From NCBI GenBank assembly GCA_035499715.1, contig DATJYF010000223.1, positions 1 through 31,628 of the forward strand: 31,628 bases of DNA, written 5' to 3'. Positions 26,117 through 31,628 of this stretch are shown here, in pieces. Under the pieces are notes generated by a model, which searched no databases, was not told the origin of the DNA, and was given only the letters and a program-made list of their open reading frames with translations. The stretch is from Opitutaceae bacterium. GTDB taxonomy: Bacteria > Verrucomicrobiota > Verrucomicrobiia > Opitutales > Opitutaceae. Position 1 is the stretch's first letter. Every line of letters starts with the position of its first letter. The position numbers were made by a program, and so were the translations under genes.

Positions 26117-27106
26117 ATGGCCGTGCCCACTCGGTTTCCGGTCAGCGATCATTGCGACGGATGGCGCTTCTTCAATCCGCGCGGCCGGCCGCAGGCGCTG
26201 CCGTTCACCGCGCTGCCCAGGTGGTGGTTTTCGACCGGCCGCGGCGCCCGCTGGCCGCGCCGCGTGGAAAACCGGCGCCGGCCGCAGCTGCCCGCGGCCG
26301 TGCCGGCGGGGCAGATGGCCGCCACCTTCATCGGACACGCGACCTTTCTGCTGCAGATGGCCGGCACGAACATACTGACAGATCCCATCTTCTCGGAAAA
26401 AGCCGGGCCGTTCGGACTGCTGGGTCCCCGCCGCGTGCGTCCGCCGGCGCTCGCCCTCGGGCAATTGCCGCCGATCGATCTGGTGCTCGTCAGCCACAAC
26501 CATTACGATCATCTCGACCTCGACACGCTGCGCTGGCTGGCGCGCGCGCGCCGTCCGCTTTTCGTCGGCACGCTGGGCAACGGGCGCTGGCTGCAAAAAC
26601 GCGGCATCCCCGGCGTCGTCGAACTCGACTGGTGGCAGTCGCACCGGATTTCGCCCGCGCTCGAGTTGGTCTGCACGCCAGCCCAGCATTTCGCGGCGCG
26701 GGCGCCCTGGGACCGTTGCCGGACGCTTTGGGCGGGGTTCGCGCTGCGCACGGCCGCCGCCGGCAAAATTTATTTCTGCGGCGACAGCGGTTACGGGCCG
26801 CACTTCGCGGAAATCGGGGAAAGGCTCGGAGGTTGCGATCTCGCCTTCCTGCCCATCGGCGCCTATGAGCCGCGCTGGTTCATGGCGCCGGTGCACATGA
26901 ATCCGGAAGAGGCGGTGCGGGCGCATCGCGATGTGCGCTCCCGGTGCAGCCTCGGCATGCATTTCGGCACGTTCCCGCTGACCGATGAGGCGATCGACGC
27001 GCCGCGGCAGGCGCTGGCGGAGGCGCGTGTCGTGCACGGGGTCACCGCGACGGAATTTGACACGCCCGACTTTGGTGAAACGCGTTTTTTCACATTCGGG
27101 AAGTGA
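26117..27106 (+). CDS. MBL-fold metallo-hydrolase (Lactamase_B_2 / NAPE-PLD-like)
   Basis: VLVSHNHYDHLD is the HxHxDH motif; also IYFCGDSGY and VHMNPEEAVRAH. Confidence 0.85.
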   Translation: MAVPTRFPVSDHCDGWRFFNPRGRPQALPFTALPRWWFSTGRGARWPRRVENRRRPQLPAAVPAGQMAATFIGHATFLLQMAGTNILTDPIFSEKAGPFGLLGPRRVRPPALALGQLPPIDLVLVSHNHYDHLDLDTLRWLARARRPLFVGTLGNGRWLQKRGIPGVVELDWWQSHRISPALELVCTPAQHFAARAPWDRCRTLWAGFALRTAAAGKIYFCGDSGYGPHFAEIGERLGGCDLAFLPIGAYEPRWFMAPVHMNPEEAVRAHRDVRSRCSLGMHFGTFPLTDEAIDAPRQALAEARVVHGVTATEFDTPDFGETRFFTFGK

Positions 27107-27815
27107 GCCCTTCGGGCGGGGCGTTGCCTCCGCCCCTTCTGCTTGCAGGGAAACCCGCGCCGCCCGCCGTCCAGCTGTGGGTGAAACCGTAATTTCTGGC
27201 GTAGCGCTCGAGCTCGATCTTCGACCTGAAGCCGAGCTTGCGCAGGATGTTCATGCGGTGCGATTCCACCGTGCGCGGCGAGACGCCCAGTACTCCGGCA
27301 ATTTCGGGATCGGTCATGCGATCGGAGAACATGGCCAGAACCGTCTGCTCCCGGGCAGACAAAATCTTGCCGAAAAAAAGAGGGTCATTCAGCCGGGCGG
27401 CGCGGAAGGACTGGAAAACCGGGCAGAAAAAGCGCTCGCCGCGCGAGACGGCCAGGATGGCCCGGTAGAGGGCGGGCAGCATCGTGGCGCTTTTGTACAG
27501 GAAGCCGTGTACCCCCGCGGCGTCGACCATGAACGCCGTGTAACTGTCGCAAACCGCGGAAAGGATGAGAATGCGCGGGAAAAATCCGCGGCTGCGGACC
27601 GCGGTGATCACACCGAAACCGTCCAGCTGCGGCAGCCGCAGATCGAGCAGCACAATATCGGGCAGACCGTGGAGAATTGCGTCCACCGCTTCCCGGCCGT
27701 CGCCGACCGCCGCAATCACCTTGCAGCCGAATTTGCTCTCGCAGACGGCATGGAGCAGTTCGCGCAGAAGCGCTTCGTCTTCGACCACCGCCACTCTTAG
27801 GGGTTTTGGCGCCAT
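27090..27815 (-). CDS. NarL/LuxR-family response regulator (REC plus LuxR HTH)
   Basis: The REC domain shows RVAVVEDE and IVLLDLRLPQLDG (acceptor Asp present). The HTH region is LSAREQTVLAMFSDRMTDPEIAGVLGVSPRTVESHRMNILRKLG. AAGGA lies 11 nt upstream of the ATG. There is a 17-nt convergent overlap with the MBL gene. Confidence 0.9.
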   Translation of the reverse strand: MAPKPLRVAVVEDEALLRELLHAVCESKFGCKVIAAVGDGREAVDAILHGLPDIVLLDLRLPQLDGFGVITAVRSRGFFPRILILSAVCDSYTAFMVDAAGVHGFLYKSATMLPALYRAILAVSRGERFFCPVFQSFRAARLNDPLFFGKILSAREQTVLAMFSDRMTDPEIAGVLGVSPRTVESHRMNILRKLGFRSKIELERYARNYGFTHSWTAGGAGFPASRRGGGNAPPEGLTSRM

Positions 27816-27833
27816 GAAATCGGATCCTTTTTG

Positions 27834-27853
27834 TCAGTCGCTGGCAGTCGCTG
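27834..27853. repeat. Tandem direct 10-mer (CAGTCGCTGG x2) just upstream of the response-regulator gene
   Basis: There are two perfect adjacent copies, at 27834-27843 and 27844-27853. They lie 19-38 nt upstream of the regulator ATG (27815) on the opposite strand. Confidence 0.7.
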
Positions 27854-27997
27854 GTGAACCAAGTTGCGCCCTTCGGATTCATGGCGCGCAACGGCACGGC
27901 ACGGTCGGGCGGCGGGAAGCATGCCCGGCCCGAAGAGGATCTGCCAAGCCTGCGGCAAAGGCGTGACGGGTCAACGGCCGGGCCTGCATGTCGCGGA

Positions 27998-28633
27998 TCA
28001 CTCGCCGCCGGTGAGCACTTCCCTGGCGATATAAATGGCGAGAAGCGCGGTTTCCTCGGCGAGGAAGACCGCGGTGGCCGGGAGGACAAGGGTGAGCGAG
28101 TCGTAGGGCTCGGGCGCGCCGAACCAGGTGCGCGGCTCGGGCACGATCACGCTCACGGCCTGGCGCAGCGCGATCGCGACCAGGCCGGCGACGAGGACAA
28201 CGAGTTCGACAATGACGAGCGCGATCAAGTCGAAGGGTTCGGGAATCTTCTGGATTTCCCCGGCGATGAATTTTCCGGCGATGCCGAATTCCATGACGGT
28301 GGGAACGGTGGGGAACGGCACGGCGAGGACCGAGGCATTCAAAGTCGAGAGCGGCGCGGTGGAAATCTGCTCGACGGGCCAGACGAGCGGCGCACCGGCG
28401 CCGGCGGGGCGGACGGTCAGCCGCGCGCTCCGGCGGCCGGCGGTGCTGGGCGGCGCGGTGAGGGTGAGCAGCGCCGGGCCGGTGCCGGAACTTGCCCCAT
28501 CAAAGGAGAGCCAGCCGGCGGCCCCGGCGGAAAGCGCCGCCGACCACGCCGCGCCGGCCGCGAGATCGAGGTAGACGGAGGTTTTGCCGCCGTAGGCGCC
28601 GAACCAGATCGTGGCGGGGGGCGTGGCAGCCAT
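27998..28633 (-). CDS. Hypothetical protein: BACON/Ig-like N-terminal pattern plus two internal PEP-CTERM-like motifs
   Basis: Codons have high GC3, and the opposite-strand ORF 27854..28714 is G/R/E/D junk. The N-terminus IWFGAYGGKTSVYLDLAAGAAWSAALSAGAAGWLSFDGASSGTGPALLTLTAPPSTAGRRSARLTVRP resembles a BACON-type beta-sandwich. Next come KIPEPFDLIALVIVELVVLVAGLVAIALRQ and VPEPRTWFGAPEPYDSLTLVLPATAVFL. No SD and no signal peptide seen. Confidence 0.6.
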   Translation of the reverse strand: MAATPPATIWFGAYGGKTSVYLDLAAGAAWSAALSAGAAGWLSFDGASSGTGPALLTLTAPPSTAGRRSARLTVRPAGAGAPLVWPVEQISTAPLSTLNASVLAVPFPTVPTVMEFGIAGKFIAGEIQKIPEPFDLIALVIVELVVLVAGLVAIALRQAVSVIVPEPRTWFGAPEPYDSLTLVLPATAVFLAEETALLAIYIAREVLTGGE

Positions 28634-28695
28634 GGGGGAAGGACCGCGCCGCGCGGACCGGCGTGCATCAACGCCGCGGCCCGGCGTCGGCGACG

Positions 28696-28726
28696 AACAA
28701 AAGGCGGCCGGTAATCACCGGCCGCC
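28696..28726 (-). terminator. Rho-independent terminator after the papain-fold-like gene
   Basis: The minus-strand RNA reads GGCGGCCGG-UGAUUA-CCGGCCGCC-UUUUGUU: a 9-bp perfect GC stem, a 6-nt loop and a U-tract. It begins about 18 nt after the TAG stop at 28745-28747. Confidence 0.75.
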
Positions 28727-28744
28727 CGTGGTCTGCAGCGGCCG

Positions 28745-29587
28745 CTATTTGTTGCGCGCCTGGAGGAAGCGCTCGACGGTCTGCCGGGCGAGGAGCTTTT
28801 CGCCGTGATTGCGGTGGACGCCGGGCTCGATGGCGACCTTCTGGCCGGCTTCCGCCTGCAGGTCGTTGTAAAGCTGCCGGGCGATGAAATTCTCCGGGTT
28901 GGCGAGCTTTTCGACGACCAGTGGAAGAATTTCCGGTCCCATCTCGACCAGCTGTTTGTAGCTGTAGGCCGCCGAGCGATCACGCGCGTTGTTGCTGAAC
29001 GCCATCGTCCCCTGGGCCCAGGTCCGCTTCCAGGCATCGAACAGCTGGTTGAACTCCTCCCGCACCGCCGGGCTGATGGTCTTGACCGCGTCGTGCAGCA
29101 GGATCGCTTTTTGCTTTTCGTTCATGGCAGGAGCCTTGGCGGCGGCGGAAACGGCCGGCTGGGCGGTATCGGCATTTTCGGCGCGCGCATAATACATAAA
29201 CACGTTGCCGTAGACATTGCTAACCAATTCCGCGTTCTCGTGAAGAATGCGTAGGTTTTCGCCGCACTTGGATTCCCAATTGAAGCCATGGGCGGCGTTG
29301 GCCACACTGCCGTGGGTGAAAATGCCGCCCCTTTTCCAGACGGCGATGGTGCCGGCGTCGGCCTGCTCGAAGCCGTAGCCGGCGTAGAAGTTGTCCCATT
29401 CTTCGATGCTTTGCTTCGGGTTGATCCAGTCGTCGTCGATGCCGACGGTCCAGGCGATGCAGTTGTAGGCGCCGGGAAGCTCGAAGGGCGTGACTTCGCC
29501 GGTGACGCGCGGCTGGAGGCCGGCGTTGAGGCTGGGGAATATGGCGACGAAGTCGTCCTGTTCCTCCGGGGTCATATTGCGAATCAT
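28745..29587 (-). CDS. Hypothetical protein with papain-fold (CHAP/NlpC-P60-like) Cys-His signature and helical C-terminal domain
   Basis: AAAGGAAATATC precedes the ATG (start 29587, MIRNMTPEEQ). Candidate catalytic residues are PGAYNCIAWTVG (Cys), GTIAVWKRGGIFTHGSVA (His) and FNWESKCGEN. A strong intrinsic terminator follows the stop. The gene has lower GC than its neighbours. The track ORF start at 29878 overlaps the upstream gene. Confidence 0.7.
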   Translation of the reverse strand: MIRNMTPEEQDDFVAIFPSLNAGLQPRVTGEVTPFELPGAYNCIAWTVGIDDDWINPKQSIEEWDNFYAGYGFEQADAGTIAVWKRGGIFTHGSVANAAHGFNWESKCGENLRILHENAELVSNVYGNVFMYYARAENADTAQPAVSAAAKAPAMNEKQKAILLHDAVKTISPAVREEFNQLFDAWKRTWAQGTMAFSNNARDRSAAYSYKQLVEMGPEILPLVVEKLANPENFIARQLYNDLQAEAGQKVAIEPGVHRNHGEKLLARQTVERFLQARNK

Positions 29588-29623
29588 GATATTTCCTTTG
29601 GTTATAGGTTGTGGTTGGGAAAG

Positions 29624-29657
29624 GGAGACAAACACCAGGCCGGGTTTCGGCCGGCCC
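29624..29657 (-). terminator. Weak hairpin plus U-rich tract between the 216-aa gene and the papain-fold-like gene
   Basis: The minus-strand RNA reads GGCCGG-CCGAAAC-CCGGCC then UGGUGUUUGUCUCCCUUUCC. The stem is 6-7 bp and the U-tract is interrupted. Confidence 0.3.
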
Positions 29658-29697
29658 CACCGCAGGCGGCGGGATTGGGCGGGCTTGAAGCGGAATT

Positions 29698-30348
29698 TCA
29701 CGACGGCAGGGGGCTGTTGCCCGGGGCGGGCGGGACCGGATCGGCGACGAACTCGTGTCGCACGGTGCCGGTCGTGGCCCCGACCACGAACTCGCAGCGG
29801 CTGTCGGCCTTGCGGAAGCGGTAGATCGGCTCGAGCACGCCGGCGCGCAGCGGTCGTTCCAGCCGAAGCGAATGCCACGGCAGCTGCCGGTAGCGCTCAA
29901 AGAGGTAATCGAGCTCCAGTTCGATCACCTTTTCCGCGCCCAAGCCGGTCTCGTAATAAAACTGCTCCCAAAATTCGAGCTGGCGCAGGAGCGGATAACT
30001 TTCGATGGCGCGCTCGGCGGCCTCCGGCGTGATCAGGCCGCGCTGGCCCTGGATGGGCAGGAAGCGGTAACCGAAGGCTTCGCGGTGGATGACGGCGCGC
30101 GAAGACACGCCGCCCTTGGAAGTGAGATGGGCGATGAAATCCCCCGTGATGCTGTAGATGAAGTCGATGTGGCTGAGATGATGCAGCTTCGCCGCGGGCT
30201 GGCCGGCGGGCGGGCGCGCCAGCCAGAAAAAAAGAAAGGGATAGGGCACGTGCTGGTCCGCCAGCGCCCACTGGCCGAAGAGAAAACTTTGCGGAGTCGC
30301 GCGTCCCTGTTCGTGGTGCGAAGGATGGAAATGAGCGGCGGCGGTCAT
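29698..30348 (-). CDS. Hypothetical protein (216 aa)
   Basis: High-GC3 codons and a natural composition rich in W/Y/F/H, versus a junk antisense ORF at 29755..30366. The ATG overlaps the stop of the upstream gene (ATGA at 30345-30348). No family recognised. LHHLSHID contains an HxD that could be metal-binding, which is speculative. Confidence 0.65.
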   Translation of the reverse strand: MTAAAHFHPSHHEQGRATPQSFLFGQWALADQHVPYPFLFFWLARPPAGQPAAKLHHLSHIDFIYSITGDFIAHLTSKGGVSSRAVIHREAFGYRFLPIQGQRGLITPEAAERAIESYPLLRQLEFWEQFYYETGLGAEKVIELELDYLFERYRQLPWHSLRLERPLRAGVLEPIYRFRKADSRCEFVVGATTGTVRHEFVADPVPPAPGNSPLPS

Positions 30349-30638
30349 GGCGCGGGGCTCCAGTAAGCGGCGCCGGCTTCGGCGGCGGCTTGGGCGGCGT
30401 CGGTGGCGGCGAGCGCATCGGCGTCGGTGGCGGCATAGGCGGCAAAGCCTTCGGCGATGGCGGTGAGTTCCACCATCAAGAGTGGAAACACCGCGGCCGC
30501 CTCGGAGGCCTGCAGCGCCTGGGTGGTGAGCTGGTAACCCAGTTGCGCCGAAGCCGTGCCGGTGGCGGCGGCGGCCTCGGCGAGGACGAGCGCGGCGTCG
30601 CCGGAGGGAGTGTCGTTGGTTGGGGTGGAAGCGGCCAT
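30345..30638 (-). CDS. Small (97 aa) Ala-rich, acidic hypothetical protein lacking Lys/Arg/His
   Basis: It starts at the internal ATG at 30638 (MAASTPTNDTPSGD...). The upstream part of track ORF 30345..30857 is P/S/R junk overlapping the previous gene in another frame. By my count 35 of 97 residues are Ala and none are K/R/H. Coding status rests on frame, operon context and the ATGA coupling. Confidence 0.5.
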   Translation of the reverse strand: MAASTPTNDTPSGDAALVLAEAAAATGTASAQLGYQLTTQALQASEAAAVFPLLMVELTAIAEGFAAYAATDADALAATDAAQAAAEAGAAYWSPAP

Positions 30639-30657
30639 GGCGGGAGCGGGCGGACGG

Positions 30658-30972
30658 TTAGGGCAGCTGCCGGCTTTGGAATGGATACGGCGGCAGATGG
30701 TAGAGCCGCTGGATCCGCTCCATCTGCTTGATCGTTTCGTCCCAGAGGACGGAGGCGTTTTTCTGGTCATTTCCGTCGATTCCGAGCGCGGCCGTGGCGT
30801 TGGCGATGGCCACGGCGGAAGCGGCGGATTCCCTGGCGAGTTGGGCGCCGTCCTCACCCATGACCGGCGGCGACGGCAGAACCAGCGGCGGCGGCCCGCT
30901 CAAGTCGGTCATGACCTCGACGAGCGAACGGAGGGCGAGCAGGCGTTCTTCGATGGGCCGGCGCGAAATCAT
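30658..30972 (-). CDS. Small (104 aa) hypothetical protein
   Basis: The ATG at 30972 overlaps the upstream stop (ATGA at 30969-30972). Sequence MISRRPIEERLLALRSLVEVMTDL...WDETIKQMERIQRLYHLPPYPF. No family recognised. Confidence 0.55.
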   Translation of the reverse strand: MISRRPIEERLLALRSLVEVMTDLSGPPPLVLPSPPVMGEDGAQLARESAASAVAIANATAALGIDGNDQKNASVLWDETIKQMERIQRLYHLPPYPFQSRQLP

Positions 30973-31565
30973 GGCGAGGAAGCGGCGGCGGCCCGGAGCG
31001 TGCGTCCATCCACGCTGAGGCGCAGGCTGGCGGGCATGACGGGGAAGACGATCTTGACCGGCGCACGCAGGTGGAGCGGGCCGCTGAGGACGTAGGGCTC
31101 GGCGGCCGTGCCGCTGCCGGCGAGGCGGGCGTTGCCGGCCTCGATGTGATCGAGGATTTTGGCCAGATGCTGCAGCGCCTGCACCAGCCGGTCCACATTG
31201 AGCGGAGGGTGCGCTGGAAACACCGGATCGCAGAGACGCTGGTTGGCGAACTGCACGGCCGCGGCGAAGCTGGACGTCGAATAACGGGGTTTCTGGCCGT
31301 TGAGTTCCTCGACGTCGCGCAGCACCATCAGCCGGCGGGAGGGACCGACCGGAAAAACGCCGTAGACGTGGACGGCCTCGGCGAGGCTGCGCGTCATTTT
31401 TGCGTCGATCTCCTGGTTCAGCCGGCCGGCCTGCTCGGCCGCGCGTTCGCTTTGCGCCGTCAGCTGTGCGAGCAGTTTTTTGAGCCCGTCCGCGGCCTGT
31501 TGTTTGATGCCGGCGGCGGACGGGCCGGGCGCGGCGGCGGGGGATTTGGCCTTGGCGAAGGTCAC
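30969..31565 (-). CDS. Hypothetical protein (198 aa from GTG; may start elsewhere)
   Basis: Track ORF with a GTG start at 31563-31565 and a coiled-coil-like N-terminus (GLKKLLAQLTAQSERAAEQAGRLNQEIDAK). The frame stays open to the window edge, but those upstream codons include rare AGA/CGA/TCT. No SD seen. Confidence 0.6.
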   Translation of the reverse strand: MTFAKAKSPAAAPGPSAAGIKQQAADGLKKLLAQLTAQSERAAEQAGRLNQEIDAKMTRSLAEAVHVYGVFPVGPSRRLMVLRDVEELNGQKPRYSTSSFAAAVQFANQRLCDPVFPAHPPLNVDRLVQALQHLAKILDHIEAGNARLAGSGTAAEPYVLSGPLHLRAPVKIVFPVMPASLRLSVDGRTLRAAAASSP

Positions 31566-31602
31566 GGGAGGAACGGGGGCGCGGAGCGGACCGGACCGGC
31601 GA

Positions 31603-31628
31603 TCAGATTTTCGTCTGCACTCCGAGTG
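31603..31628 (-). CDS. Possible 3' end of a further upstream minus-strand gene (only 8 codons visible)
   Basis: Reverse-strand frame reading ...LGVQTKI then TGA (complement of 31603-31605), with GC-rich third positions. Too short to confirm. Confidence 0.25.

Noticed and set aside
27854-28714. Plus-strand 286-aa ORF opposite the PEP-motif protein
   Set aside because: It is Gly/Arg/Glu/Asp-rich junk typical of the antisense frame. The minus-strand frame has high GC3 and a domain-like pattern.
30639-30857. Longer 170-aa version of the Ala-rich ORF starting at 30857
   Set aside because: The extra N-terminal part is Pro/Ser/Arg-rich junk that overlaps the 104-aa gene in another frame. The internal ATG at 30638 leaves a compact 19-nt spacer.

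Overview
High-GC (about two-thirds G+C by eye), gene-dense bacterial chromosomal segment. I call about 31 CDS. I saw no rRNA, tRNA, CRISPR array, transposase or integrase. The ORF track treats GTG and TTG as starts, and many long ORFs are antisense or out-of-frame shadows typical of high-GC DNA. From 1 to about 27.8 kb the content is mostly recognisable housekeeping and signalling: a secreted alpha/beta hydrolase (partial), a 1129-aa PPi-type PEPCK-like enzyme, queE-queC, RNase D, an OleC/OleD-like ligase plus dehydrogenase pair, divergent TrmH-family and RlmD/RumA-family RNA methyltransferases, an LplA-like ligase coupled to a class III adenylate cyclase, pdxH, a hybrid histidine kinase and sixA on one strand, an M20 peptidase, a second histidine kinase, rlmN, an AlkD-like protein, a 452-aa unknown, miaB, a membrane protein, gmk, an MBL-fold hydrolase and a LuxR-type response regulator. 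Non-coding oddities: a 76-bp near-perfect palindromic element with a degenerate second copy; a 23-nt AT-rich palindromic motif present twice, bracketing the two methyltransferase genes; and an intergenic island with a 250-nt core at about 29% GC that carries related TTGTAA half-sites, followed by a small RHH-like ORF. The best candidate for an undescribed system is the minus-strand block 27998..31628. It holds four tightly packed unknown genes (two ATGA overlaps, one 19-nt gap), including a 97-aa Ala-rich protein with no basic residues. These are followed by a lower-GC papain-fold-like hydrolase gene with its own SD and a textbook terminator, then a protein with a BACON/Ig-like N-terminus and two internal PEP-CTERM-like motifs. 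The block runs off the right edge. A Verrucomicrobiota (Opitutales-like) origin is only a guess. All similarity statements come from motif recognition by eye, not from searches.
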